Below are positions 10,175 through 19,890 of a stretch of DNA of 64,000 bases, piece after piece. How positions within the stretch are numbered: the first letter of the stretch is position 1; every line of letters begins with the position of its first letter. The position numbers and the translations under genes are program-made. The DNA is from Pedosphaera sp. (GTDB lineage: Bacteria; Verrucomicrobiota; Verrucomicrobiia; Limisphaerales; JADLHS01): NCBI GenBank assembly GCA_009695195.1, contig SIBJ01000010.1, positions 145 through 64,144 of the forward strand. The letters are read 5' to 3'. The notes under the pieces are model-generated. The model searched no databases. It was not told where the DNA came from and saw only the letters and a list, made by a program, of their open reading frames with translations.

Positions 10175-11395
10175 ATGAGCGCCACCGCCTCACCCCCCGC
10201 CGCCGCGAACCGCCTCATGTCCCTCGACGTGTTTCGCGGTGTGACCATCGCCGCGATGATGCTCGTCAACAATCCCGGCACGTGGTCGCACATCTACGCG
10301 CCACTGGAACATGCTCCCTGGCATGGTTGGACGTTCACCGACACCATCTTTCCGTTTTTCATTTGGATCGTGGGCGTGGCGATTCCGTTGTCCACCTCGC
10401 GCCGGCTGGAGGCGGGGCAAAGCCGCGCGGAACTGTTCCGCCACGCGTTGCGGCGCGCCGCCATCATCTTTGCGCTCGGTTTTTTTCTGAACTCGTTCAC
10501 GTTTTTCATTGATGGTTCGATGGCAAAGTTCGGGTTCGGCGAATGGCTGCATCAATACCTCACCAACGTCCGCGTCCCAGGTGTGTTGCAACGCATCGCG
10601 ATTTGTTATCTCATCGCCACGCTGATTTTTCTGCGCGCGAACATTCGCGGGCAGATTTTTTGGACCGCGGGAATCCTCGTCGGCTACTGGCTGTTGATGG
10701 CGTTCGCGCCGTTCCCCGTGAACGGCCACGGTGAAACGCGCTGGATTTCCGGCGTGCTGGAAAAGGGAGACAACTTTTCCGCCTACGTGGACAACCTCGT
10801 GCTCAACGGCCCCACAATCGGCATCCACGTTTTCAAAGCCGGGAAAACCTGGGATCCGGAAGGCACGATCAGCACGCTGCCGGCGATCGCCACCTGCCTC
10901 TTCGGCATCCTCACCGGCCACTTGCTCCGCGCGCGCCGCAGCGACGCGGAAAAAACGGCGTGGCTCATGGTCAGCGGCGCGTTGTTGATGTGGCTGGGCC
11001 TCCTGATGGACCTCGCTCTGCCGATCAACAAGGCGCTTTGGACCAGTTCCTACGCGGTGTTCATGGCCGGGCTGGCGATGGTTTGTTTCGGCGTTTACTA
11101 CTGGTTCGTGGATGTGAAGGTCTGTCGCACGCTGGTCAAACCGTTCGCCGTTTACGGCATGAACGCCATCACCGTCTTCGTGCTGTCCGGCGTGATTGGC
11201 CGGATCATGCTCACGGCCAAAGTGCCGACCGGCCCGGACACTTCGCTCAATTTGCAGGCGTGGCTGTTTCAAAAATTCTTCGCGCCGCTCGCCAGCCCCA
11301 TCAACGCCTCGCTGCTCTGGGCGATTGTTTATGTGTTCCTGCTCTATCTCGTCGCGTGGGTCATGTATCGAAAGAAGTGGTTTGTGAAGTTTTGA
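10175..11395 (+). CDS. HGSNAT/NagX-like (DUF5009) membrane acyltransferase
   Basis: RLMSLDVFRG, MMLVNNPG, HAPWHG, PGVLQRIA, DPEG, PINKALWTSSY. Confidence 0.88.
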   Translation: MSATASPPAAANRLMSLDVFRGVTIAAMMLVNNPGTWSHIYAPLEHAPWHGWTFTDTIFPFFIWIVGVAIPLSTSRRLEAGQSRAELFRHALRRAAIIFALGFFLNSFTFFIDGSMAKFGFGEWLHQYLTNVRVPGVLQRIAICYLIATLIFLRANIRGQIFWTAGILVGYWLLMAFAPFPVNGHGETRWISGVLEKGDNFSAYVDNLVLNGPTIGIHVFKAGKTWDPEGTISTLPAIATCLFGILTGHLLRARRSDAEKTAWLMVSGALLMWLGLLMDLALPINKALWTSSYAVFMAGLAMVCFGVYYWFVDVKVCRTLVKPFAVYGMNAITVFVLSGVIGRIMLTAKVPTGPDTSLNLQAWLFQKFFAPLASPINASLLWAIVYVFLLYLVAWVMYRKKWFVKF

Positions 11396-11414
11396 TTTCG
11401 CACAATTCCAGCGC

Positions 11415-11984
11415 ATGAAACTTTCGGTGAAAACTGGCGGCGTGCTGCTCGCGCTCGTGGCGTTCACGGGTTGCAACGGTTGCAACAAAACCAACCCGGC
11501 CAACAGCCTGCGCAACACCGGCCCAACGAACAACAACGTGAGCGCACAACCCTCCCTCGACGACCTGCTCCCAAAAAAGGCGCAGCCGAAACTCCAAACG
11601 CTGAAGGTCTGGGTCGGCGCGGAGGAATTGGTGACCGAGCTGGCGCTCAACCGAGAGCAACAGATGACCGGCATGATGTGGCGCACCAACATGCCCGAGA
11701 ACACCGCGATGATCTTCGTTCATCCCGCACCGCGCCAGGCCGCCTACTGGATGAAGAACTGTTACGTCCCGCTCTCCATCGCTTACATTGACACCGACGG
11801 CGTCATCCTTGAAATCCGCGACCTGCAACCGCACGACACGAACTCGGTGGTCTCGGCGTCGGAAAAGATCCGGTTCGCGCTGGAAACGCCGCAAGGCTGG
11901 TTTCTCCGCCACAACGTCAGCACCGGCGCCGTGGTGCGGACGGAACGCGGTTCGTTGCCGGAAACTTTTTTGCGGCGCAACTGA
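11415..11984 (+). CDS. DUF192 family lipoprotein
   Basis: lipobox-like FTGC; GMMWR, YWMKNCYVPLSIAYID, ALE. Confidence 0.88.
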   Translation: MKLSVKTGGVLLALVAFTGCNGCNKTNPANSLRNTGPTNNNVSAQPSLDDLLPKKAQPKLQTLKVWVGAEELVTELALNREQQMTGMMWRTNMPENTAMIFVHPAPRQAAYWMKNCYVPLSIAYIDTDGVILEIRDLQPHDTNSVVSASEKIRFALETPQGWFLRHNVSTGAVVRTERGSLPETFLRRN

Positions 11985-11991
11985 TTCCAAC

Positions 11992-12096
11992 GGGCTGAAA
12001 GCCCGGGATGTGAATAGCCCGGGGTCAGGACGCGAGAGCGGACGCAGCCCCAGGTCTTCGGCCAAAAAGATTCTGCGCCCTGAAAAGGGTGCGACA
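11992..12096 (+). repeat. REP-like element, left arm (inverted partner of 16053-16135)
   Basis: GGGCTGAAAGCCCG..ATAGCCCGGGG..GCCCCAGGT..TCGGCCAAAAAGATTC..GCCCTG..GCGACA. Confidence 0.8.
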
Positions 12097-12140
12097 AGTT
12101 TGGTTGGCAGCGCGCGGGCGGCGGCGATAGGATTCCGGCC

Positions 12141-15100
12141 ATGAGCCAGACTGGGCAATCGGCGCGGGCGAAGCAGGCGTTTGTGCCGCTCTCCAAATCT
12201 CATCCGCTGCTCGCGGCTCAGTGGCATCCCACCAAAAACGGCAACGTCTCGCCGGACGATGTCTGGGCGAACTACAGCAAGAAATTCTGGTGGCGATGTG
12301 ACAAAGGGCATGAATGGGAAGCCCGCGTTCGCAATCGGGCGGTGAGCGGTTACGGCTGTCCTTATTGCTCAGGCAGGTTCATTCCTCCGGAAAGGTCGGT
12401 TGCAAAACTTCACCCTGAACTTTTGTTGGAGTGGCATCCCGCGAAGAATGGCTCACTCAATCCCCAAGCACTCGGGCCGGGCAGTCGAGCGAAGATATGG
12501 TGGTTGTGCCGTAAGAACCAAGCCCATGAATGGCGAACCAGCCTTAGCAAAAGAACCACAGAAGGGACTGGCTGCCCATTTTGTTCTGGTCGCAAGCGCA
12601 GTGAAGGGACTTCGTTCGCAGTCAGATTCTCGAATCTCATGAAGGAGTGGCATCCGACGCTCAACGCACACCTTGACGCACGCACGATGATCGCCGAGAG
12701 CCGCGAGAAAGTGTGGTGGCAGTGCGCCAAAGATTCGAGCCACGTTTGGCAGACGCAGGCGCGAAGTCGAATCAGGGGAGACAAGGGCTGCCCGAAGTGC
12801 AAGCAAATGCTCGTGCCGAAGCGGACGACTCTCGACGTGTTCTCAGCGAGTTTAGCGTCCGAGTGGCATCCGACGAAAAACGACCGACTTCTTCCGAAAG
12901 ACGTGAGCGCCGGAAGCACGACGAAAGTCTGGTGGCGCTGTTCCCGAAATCCGTCGCATGAATGGGAAGCTGCCGTTGGCGACCGATGCCGGGGCAATGG
13001 GTGTCCCTTTTGTGCAGGCCAAAGAGTTGACCTGTCGAACTCGCTTGCAGCAGTCCGCCCCGAACTTGCCGCGCAGTGGCATCCAACGAAGAACGAGAAT
13101 TTGACGCCTGAGACAGTCACCGTGGGCAGCGCCAAGGTTGCGTGGTGGCGGTGTCCCACAAACCCAAAGCACGAATGGCGGACAAAAGTGTTGCATAGAA
13201 CTCGGCGTATTGGATCAGGCTGTCCGTTTTGTGCGCGAGGTTTTGAGGGTGATGTCAACTCGCTGGCATCCCGTTTTCCAGTTCTTGCGGCCCAATGGCA
13301 CAAGACAAAGAACGGTAAGCGCACCCCTGACAACGTAACTCCCGGTTCTGACCTCAAGGCGTGGTGGCAGTGTGACAAAGACGCGAGTCACGTTTGGGAA
13401 GCAAAAATCAAGAATCGCGTGATCCTCAAAAGCGGTTGCCCGATTTGCCGAGTCGGCTGGACTGTCGCTGGCATCCGGAGCTTCGTGGACTCACTCAAAG
13501 CGCATCTCTGCTCGTTCACTCCTGCCGAACTTTACGTTCTGTTTCAACAAAACGGTTTGCTCAGTGGCGACCGCAAGAGCCAGGCGTTTCTCGATGCGTT
13601 GGCGACGGGGCGATTTCCCTTCGAGGAGATCGAGAAGTTTTGCGAAGGACAGAAGTCGCTGGTGGATTCGTTCCTCGCGGATTCAACGCTCACGCTCGAA
13701 GCATTGAGCGAGACGAAGCCGGAGACGACGAAAGAAAATGAGTTGGGCGTCGTCGGCGAAGCGCAGGAAGAAAGCGTGGAGCTTCCCACGGCGGACACGG
13801 CGGACGTGCTCAAGTCGTTGCAGTCGCCGGTGGTCGTCTCCGCCGATCAGGAGGCGATTGATTTCCTGGTGGCTTCGGCGTTGGCGAAAATTTGGAAGCA
13901 CGCTTTCCGCGATGAGACCGTCGCCGTGGCGCAGGCGCGAGATTTCAAGGGCGATGCTTACGCGGAGCGGGTGCGGACGGAATTCCTCGCGGAGTATGAG
14001 CGCGTGAAGTCGCTGGAGATTCCGGCGGGTTATGAGTTCAAGGTTGAGGGCAAGCCGGCGCTGCCGAATCTCATGCAGCGATTGGTGGCGTCGCGGATTC
14101 AGCAGAAGCGGCGCGAGGGAAACTGGTCGGGCACGGGCGCGGGCAAGACACTTTCGGCGGTGCTGGCAAGTCGCGTGGTCGGCGCGAAGCTCACGGTGAT
14201 TTGTTGTCCGAACAGCGTGGTTGAGGGTTGGAAGTCGGCGATTTTGAACGCGTTTCCAGACAGTCTGGTAGCGACGAAGACGTTCGCGCCGGATTGGGCG
14301 GCGATTGCAGGCGATGAGACGGGTTTCGGCAAAGCGGGGGCGGCGCATCGTTACGTTGTCGTGAATTACGAGGCGTTTCAGCAGGAAGATTCGGAGAAGA
14401 AGGTGCGGAAGTTCGCGAAGCACGAGGCGGCGGATTTCGTGGTGGTGGATGAGATTCATTTCACCAAGCAACGGACGGTGGAGAATCTTTCCAAGCGCAA
14501 GAAGCTGGTGACGGCGTTGATCAGCCTGGCCGCCGCGAAGAATCCGCAGTTGTGCGTGCTGGGGATGTCGGCGACGCCGGTGATCAACAATTTGCAGGAG
14601 GGCAAGAGTCTGGTGGAGATGGTGTCGGGTCTGGCGCACGACGACCTGAACACGCGCCCGACGGTGGCGCATTGCATGATGCTGCATCAGCGGTTGGTGA
14701 CGCTGGGCACGCGGTGGCTGCCGGATTACCAGATCGTGTGCGACGTGCAGACGCCGGAAGTGGATTGTGGCGAACACTTGGAGGAGATCAAGGCGCTCGG
14801 ACGAAGCGGCACGCCGCTGGAGTTGGAGCAGATTCTCACGCGCGTCCGGCTGCCGATCATCCGGCAGAACATTCGCCCGAAGACGCTGCTCTACACGCAC
14901 TACATTCAGGACATTGATTCGGCGCTCTACCAGGCTTTGGTCGCAGACGGCTGGCGCGTCGGCTTTTTCACGGGCGATGACAAGAGCGGGCTGGAAGGAT
15001 TTCTGCATGGCGACGTGGATGTGTTGATTGGTTCGAGCGCCATCGCGACGGGCGTGGACGGACTTCAGGAAGTTTGCCAGCGGCTTGTCATCAATGTGCT

Positions 15101-16049
15101 GCCGTGGACGAACGCGGAGTTCGAGCAACTCAAGGGGCGCATCTACCGGCAGGGCCAGCACGCGGACAAGGTCACGGTGATCGTGCCGATCACTTACGCG
15201 GACGTGAACGGCCAGCGTTGGTCGTGGTGCGGATCGAAGATGCGGCGGCTGCATTTCAAGAAGTCCATCGCGGACGCGGCGGTGGACGGCGTCGTGCCGG
15301 AGGGTCACTTGCGCACGTCGGCACAGGCGTATCAGGACGTGATGGGCTGGTTGGATCGGCTGACGACGGGGCGAGTCGAAGTGATTGAGCGACCGCGAAT
15401 TGTTGTGCCGTTGCCGCAAGACGACGGCGGCGAAGTCGAGCGGCGCGCCCGGGAGTATGGCGACTTCTCGGCTATGAACGGGCTATGGAATCGTAGCCGT
15501 AGCGCGACGACACAAACGCGGCTGCAACAGAATCCCGAAGAGTGGGCGCAGTATCACACGCTGTATCGCGAGGCGCGGAAGGATTGGTCGGTCGTGCCGT
15601 TTGAGGAATTCATCCGCTGGGCGAAGCAGCGAAGCGATTACGTTATCGGCGACTTCGGATGCGGCGAAGCGAAAGTCGCGGAAGCGCTGGCGGATGCTCA
15701 CACGGTTCACAGCTTTGATTACGTGGCGGCGAACGATGAAGTGACCGCGTGCGACATGACGAAGACACCGCTGGAGGATGCGACGCTCGACGTGGCGTTG
15801 TTCTCGCTCTCGCTCATGGGCGCGAACTTCACGGATTACCTGCGCGAGGCGTGGCGGGTACTCAAGCTTGACGGACAGTTGCATGTCTTCGAGGCGACCT
15901 CGCGGTTTGGAAATCGTGATGCGTTTGTGACGGAACTGAAGAAGCTGGGATTCGCGAATGTCGAGATGCGAGACGCATGGAAGTTCACGCACATTTACGC
16001 GTTCAAGTCAGAGCGATTGCCAGCGGCGGATGTTGAAATGAGCTTCTGA
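12141..16049 (+). CDS. fusion protein: 6x zinc-ribbon (DUF4379-like) + SF2 helicase + Rrp8-like SAM methyltransferase
   Basis: six WHPxKN..WWxC..HxW..CPxC repeats; GTGAGKT, VVDEIH, SATP, QLKGRIYRQG; DFGCGEA..VHSFD..CDM..FSLSLMG..EAWRVLK. Confidence 0.85.
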   Translation: MSQTGQSARAKQAFVPLSKSHPLLAAQWHPTKNGNVSPDDVWANYSKKFWWRCDKGHEWEARVRNRAVSGYGCPYCSGRFIPPERSVAKLHPELLLEWHPAKNGSLNPQALGPGSRAKIWWLCRKNQAHEWRTSLSKRTTEGTGCPFCSGRKRSEGTSFAVRFSNLMKEWHPTLNAHLDARTMIAESREKVWWQCAKDSSHVWQTQARSRIRGDKGCPKCKQMLVPKRTTLDVFSASLASEWHPTKNDRLLPKDVSAGSTTKVWWRCSRNPSHEWEAAVGDRCRGNGCPFCAGQRVDLSNSLAAVRPELAAQWHPTKNENLTPETVTVGSAKVAWWRCPTNPKHEWRTKVLHRTRRIGSGCPFCARGFEGDVNSLASRFPVLAAQWHKTKNGKRTPDNVTPGSDLKAWWQCDKDASHVWEAKIKNRVILKSGCPICRVGWTVAGIRSFVDSLKAHLCSFTPAELYVLFQQNGLLSGDRKSQAFLDALATGRFPFEEIEKFCEGQKSLVDSFLADSTLTLEALSETKPETTKENELGVVGEAQEESVELPTADTADVLKSLQSPVVVSADQEAIDFLVASALAKIWKHAFRDETVAVAQARDFKGDAYAERVRTEFLAEYERVKSLEIPAGYEFKVEGKPALPNLMQRLVASRIQQKRREGNWSGTGAGKTLSAVLASRVVGAKLTVICCPNSVVEGWKSAILNAFPDSLVATKTFAPDWAAIAGDETGFGKAGAAHRYVVVNYEAFQQEDSEKKVRKFAKHEAADFVVVDEIHFTKQRTVENLSKRKKLVTALISLAAAKNPQLCVLGMSATPVINNLQEGKSLVEMVSGLAHDDLNTRPTVAHCMMLHQRLVTLGTRWLPDYQIVCDVQTPEVDCGEHLEEIKALGRSGTPLELEQILTRVRLPIIRQNIRPKTLLYTHYIQDIDSALYQALVADGWRVGFFTGDDKSGLEGFLHGDVDVLIGSSAIATGVDGLQEVCQRLVINVLPWTNAEFEQLKGRIYRQGQHADKVTVIVPITYADVNGQRWSWCGSKMRRLHFKKSIADAAVDGVVPEGHLRTSAQAYQDVMGWLDRLTTGRVEVIERPRIVVPLPQDDGGEVERRAREYGDFSAMNGLWNRSRSATTQTRLQQNPEEWAQYHTLYREARKDWSVVPFEEFIRWAKQRSDYVIGDFGCGEAKVAEALADAHTVHSFDYVAANDEVTACDMTKTPLEDATLDVALFSLSLMGANFTDYLREAWRVLKLDGQLHVFEATSRFGNRDAFVTELKKLGFANVEMRDAWKFTHIYAFKSERLPAADVEMSF

Positions 16050-16052
16050 TTG

Positions 16053-16135
16053 TGTCGCCCTTACAGGGCTTGGAATCTTTTTGCCGATTAACCCGGGGCG
16101 TTGCCCCGGGCTATCATCTTTCGGGCGTTCAGCCC
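16053..16135 (-). repeat. REP-like element, right arm
   Basis: reverse complement GGGCTGAACGCCCG..ATAGCCCGGGG..GCCCCGGGT..TCGGCAAAAAGATTC..GCCCTG..GCGACA. Confidence 0.8.
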
Positions 16136-16269
16136 TTCCGCCTGCATCCGGTTTCGGCGCGACGAGTTCAATCAGCGGGCATCCCGCCTGCGTTTAACTT
16201 CGGCGCAGTGGAACTTTCAAAAACGGGATTTGGGGTTGCACGGTCAGGAGAGGGTGTTAGTCTCGAATC

Positions 16270-17106
16270 GTGAGCGGCGAAGCTTCAACCGAGAACCCAT
16301 TCCATTTGCAGCCGGACAAACCCGGATTTGAGGCGCTTTCCAAGACGAATGGTTTCCGTTTCTGGTGGGCGTCCGAACTGGCCGTCACGCTGGGCTACGA
16401 AAGCTTGAACAGTTTCCGCAAGGCCGTCGAGCGGGCGATGATCGCGCTGACCAGCTTGAACATTCCGGTGTTCGACAACATCGTTCAGGAGCAACGCGAG
16501 GCGGATGGCAAAACGATTGTGGACTACCGCCTTTCTCGTTTCGCGTGTTACCTGGCAGCGATGAACGGCGATCCCAAGAAGCAACAAGTGGCGCAGGCTC
16601 AGGCTTATTTTGTGAAGTGGGCGGAGGCGTGCCGGTTGTATCTCGAACAGGCGGATGGCGTGGAGCGCGTGGCGATTCGCGGGGAAATCTCCGAGCACGA
16701 ACGCACGTTGTCCGGCACGGCCAAGGCGGCGGGTGTGACGGAGTATGGTTTGTTTCAAAACGCGGGCTATCGCGGTCTTTACAACATGGATTTGTGGCAG
16801 GTCCGTCGGCGTAAAGGCGTGCCACAGGGGCGCACACCACTGGACTTCATGGGCAAGACCGAACTGGCGGCGAATTTGTTTCGCGTGACGCAAACCGAGG
16901 AAAAAATCCGCGCGGCGAAAATCCGCGGACAAAAACCTTTGGAACGTACCGCCGAGGACGTGGGACGTGAAGTTCGTCGCACGATGGTCAAGATCAGCGG
17001 CAAACGCCCGGAGGAGTTGCCGCCCGCCGAGGACATCAAGGAAGTTCATAAGAAGCTGAAGTCCACGCACCGTGAGATTCGGAAATTGGACGGGCCGAAG
17101 GCGTAG
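16270..17106 (+). CDS. DinD/BRO-like DNA-damage-inducible protein
   Basis: WWASEL..LGY, DYRLSRFACYL..NGDPKK..AQAQAYF, FQNAGYRGLY, DFMGKTELAANLFRVTQT. Confidence 0.85.
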   Translation: MSGEASTENPFHLQPDKPGFEALSKTNGFRFWWASELAVTLGYESLNSFRKAVERAMIALTSLNIPVFDNIVQEQREADGKTIVDYRLSRFACYLAAMNGDPKKQQVAQAQAYFVKWAEACRLYLEQADGVERVAIRGEISEHERTLSGTAKAAGVTEYGLFQNAGYRGLYNMDLWQVRRRKGVPQGRTPLDFMGKTELAANLFRVTQTEEKIRAAKIRGQKPLERTAEDVGREVRRTMVKISGKRPEELPPAEDIKEVHKKLKSTHREIRKLDGPKA

Positions 17107-17177
17107 AAAGCACCGTAGGACTTACGGAGCGCGATTTAACGGTTTAACGATTCCACGCGGGCCATTATCCTGCGCCC

Positions 17178-18629
17178 ATGATTTCGCGGGCCAAATCCGA
17201 AGCGCTGTTCGCCGAGGCGCTCAAGTACATTCCGGGTGGCGTCAATTCTCCCGTGCGCGCGTTTCGCGCCGTGGGCGGCAAACCGTTCTTCGTCAATCGC
17301 GCCAGCGGCTGCCGCGTGTGGGACGTGGATGGGAACGAATACATTGATTACGTCGGCACGTGGGGGCCGGCGATTCTCGGGCACGCGCATCCCAAAATCA
17401 TTTCCGCCATCAAGGCCGCCGCCGATCACGGCACGAGTTTTGGCATTCCGAATCCGGGCGAGGTCACGATGGCAAAACTCATCTGCTCGCTTGTGCCCAG
17501 CGTGCAGAAGGTGCGCATGACCAACTCCGGCACGGAAGCCTGCATGAGCGCCATCCGCCTCGCGCGCGGGTTCACGAAGCGCGACAAGATCATCAAGTTC
17601 GACGGCTGCTATCACGGCCACGGCGATTCGTTGCTCGTCAAAGCCGGCAGCGGCGCGCTCACATTCGGTCATCCGGACAGTCTGGGTGTGCCGGCGGATT
17701 TTGCGAAACTCACCCTCGTCTTGCCTTACAACGAGGCCGAGCCGCTCAAAGCCGCGTTCGCGGCGAACAAAAACGAGATCGCGTGCATCATCGTCGAGCC
17801 GGTGGCGGGTAACGCGGGATTGTTCGTCCCCAAACCGGGCTGGCTGGAATTCCTGCGCGAGATCACCAAAGCCAACGGCGCGCTGCTCATCTTCGACGAA
17901 GTGATGACTGGTTTCCGTCTCGCGCCCGGCGGCGCGCAGGAGCGCTTTGGCATCACGCCGGATTTGACGTGCCTGGGAAAAATCATCGGCGGCGGTCTGC
18001 CGGTGGGCGCTTTCGGCGGGCGGGCGGACATCATGGATTATCTCGCGCCGCTTGGCCCGGTGTATCAGGCGGGAACGCTCAGCGGCAATCCGCTGGCGAT
18101 GGCGGCGGGGATTGCGAATCTGCAAGAACTTTGTGGGTTGGACGCAGGTGGAGCGAACCCTCACCCCGGCCCTCTCCCTTTCCGAAAGGGAGAGGGAGAA
18201 TCATCCTCAGCCGGACGCCATGCTCATGCACTCACGACAACTGGCGACCGTGCGAAAGCTGTTCCCTCTCCTGGGGGAGAGGGTCAGGGTGAGGGCGGTC
18301 TAAAAAACAAATACCTCCTGCTCGAACAACTCGGCGCGTTGCTCGAATCCGGGATGAAGGACGCCGCGAAATCCGCGGGCGCGCCGGTGACGTTCAACCG
18401 CTGCGGTTCGATGTTCTGCGGTTACTTCACCGGCGAGCCGGTGTGGAATCTTGCCGACGCGATGAAAGCCGACCGCGAACGGTTCAAGAAATTCTTCCAC
18501 GGCATGTTGGACGCGGGCGTTTATCTCGCGCCGTCGCAATTCGAGGCTGGTTTCATGTCCACGGCTCACAGCGAGGCGGACATTGCCAAGACGGTGAGCG
18601 CGGCGGCGCAGGTGATGAAGGGACTTTAA
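17178..18629 (+). CDS. hemL: glutamate-1-semialdehyde 2,1-aminomutase with in-frame repeat insertion
   Basis: [52 protein letters not shown]. Confidence 0.96.
   Translation: MISRAKSEALFAEALKYIPGGVNSPVRAFRAVGGKPFFVNRASGCRVWDVDGNEYIDYVGTWGPAILGHAHPKIISAIKAAADHGTSFGIPNPGEVTMAKLICSLVPSVQKVRMTNSGTEACMSAIRLARGFTKRDKIIKFDGCYHGHGDSLLVKAGSGALTFGHPDSLGVPADFAKLTLVLPYNEAEPLKAAFAANKNEIACIIVEPVAGNAGLFVPKPGWLEFLREITKANGALLIFDEVMTGFRLAPGGAQERFGITPDLTCLGKIIGGGLPVGAFGGRADIMDYLAPLGPVYQAGTLSGNPLAMAAGIANLQELCGLDAGGANPHPGPLPFRKGEGESSSAGRHAHALTTTGDRAKAVPSPGGEGQGEGGLKNKYLLLEQLGALLESGMKDAAKSAGAPVTFNRCGSMFCGYFTGEPVWNLADAMKADRERFKKFFHGMLDAGVYLAPSQFEAGFMSTAHSEADIAKTVSAAAQVMKGL
18158..18295. repeat. palindromic element inserted in-frame in hemL
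   Basis: CCCTCACCCCGGCCCTCTCCC ... GGGAGAGGGTCAGGGTGAGGG terminal inverted arms; 138 nt = 46 codons. Confidence 0.85.
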
Positions 18630-18684
18630 CCGCTGATCTCCGCTCATCAGCGCTGATGAGCGAGGATAAGCGGTTCATTTCAGT

Positions 18685-19419
18685 TTACCCCGAGGCCAGC
18701 ATTTTCACTCCCGCGACCACGAGCACCACGGCGAGCAGGCGGCGCATGGTCATCGGCGCGAGGCGGCGGCTGCCGAGTTCGGAGCCGAGGAGTCCGCCGA
18801 TGAGCGCGGCGGGCGCCCACCAGATGATTTCGTGGGGCACGTTGCGGACGCTTGCGAGGTGACCGAGCAAACCGGACGCGGAGTTGACGAGAATGAACGC
18901 CACGGAAACGCCCGCGGTCTTGCGCACGTCCGCCCATCGCAACAACAGCAGCAGCGGACTCAGAAAAATTCCGCCGCCAACGCCGGTCAGGCCGGAGAGC
19001 AATCCGAGCGCCGCACCGGAAAACAACGCCGGCACCAGCGGCAGGGGTTTTGGTCCGGCGGCGTGGTCGGCCACTTTGAACGCCATGCGCGCCGCGGCGA
19101 AGATCAATACCCCGCCGAGAATAATTTTGTAGGTTGTCATCGGCAACTTGAGCCAGCCGCCGAGAAAGGCGCAGGGAATGGACGTGACGGCGAATGGCCA
19201 GAAAATATTCCACGCAAAATGTCCCGCGCGCGCGAAACGGATCGTGCCCACCGTCGCGACGACGAGGTTCAGCACGAGCGCGGTGGGTTTCATCACGTCG
19301 GGCGCGAGGTTGAAGAGCGCCATCGCCGCGAGATAGCCGGACGCGCCCGCGTGGCCGACGGAGGAATACAGCAGCGCGGCAACGAAGATCAGCAACGCAA
19401 GCAGCAGCGTATCGGTCAT
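18685..19419 (-). CDS. TauE/SafE sulfite exporter family membrane protein
   Basis: YSSVGHAGASGY, SGLTGVGGGIFLSP; hydrophobic. Confidence 0.9.
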   Translation of the reverse strand: MTDTLLLALLIFVAALLYSSVGHAGASGYLAAMALFNLAPDVMKPTALVLNLVVATVGTIRFARAGHFAWNIFWPFAVTSIPCAFLGGWLKLPMTTYKIILGGVLIFAAARMAFKVADHAAGPKPLPLVPALFSGAALGLLSGLTGVGGGIFLSPLLLLLRWADVRKTAGVSVAFILVNSASGLLGHLASVRNVPHEIIWWAPAALIGGLLGSELGSRRLAPMTMRRLLAVVLVVAGVKMLASG

Positions 19420-19838
19420 GCGGCTTCGGACGGTGGCGGAGCGGGCGGCGGAACGTGTTTGACCAGCAGCGGCATCGAGGCTTGTTGCTGGCCGTCGAGC
19501 GAAACGTCCACGGAGTAGAGGCCGGGTTCGTCGAACTTGAGCTGCTGGATGTTGATGATGAAATTGCGCGTGCCGAAGTGCATGTCGTCGGGCAGCGCGA
19601 CTTCGACCGGGATGTCAATCGGCGGCATGATGGCGTGGCCATCGGCATCCACGAAGCTGAGTTTCATCTGGCGCTTGCCTTCGTCGCCGGCGAGAAAGGT
19701 CACGCGCAACGCCACGGCGCATTGCGGATGGATGGCGGGGAGTTCGCGCGCATAGATCGTGTCGAACGCGCCGAGGAGATTCAGTTTCCCGTTGTCGTCG
19801 GTGGCGGCGTCGCAAAGGACGGCGACTTGGATGTTCAT
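19416..19838 (-). CDS. conserved hypothetical protein (DUF6941-like)
   Basis: LCDAA..GKLNLLGAFD..F..PGxY pattern. Confidence 0.7.
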   Translation of the reverse strand: MNIQVAVLCDAATDDNGKLNLLGAFDTIYARELPAIHPQCAVALRVTFLAGDEGKRQMKLSFVDADGHAIMPPIDIPVEVALPDDMHFGTRNFIINIQQLKFDEPGLYSVDVSLDGQQQASMPLLVKHVPPPAPPPSEAA

Positions 19839-19853
19839 GCGCGAGGAGGAAAC

Positions 19854-19880
19854 CACGAATGAACACGAATGAACACGAAT
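19854..19880. repeat. short tandem decamer (CACGAATGAA) x~3
   Basis: seen directly in the intergenic region. Confidence 0.7.
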
Positions 19881-19890
19881 TTCTTCGGGC

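Noticed and set aside
12141-13450. Repeats in the helicase 5' region as a CRISPR or DNA repeat array
   Set aside because: Similarity is at protein level (Zn-ribbon units) with divergent DNA; no constant repeat-spacer structure and no cas genes.
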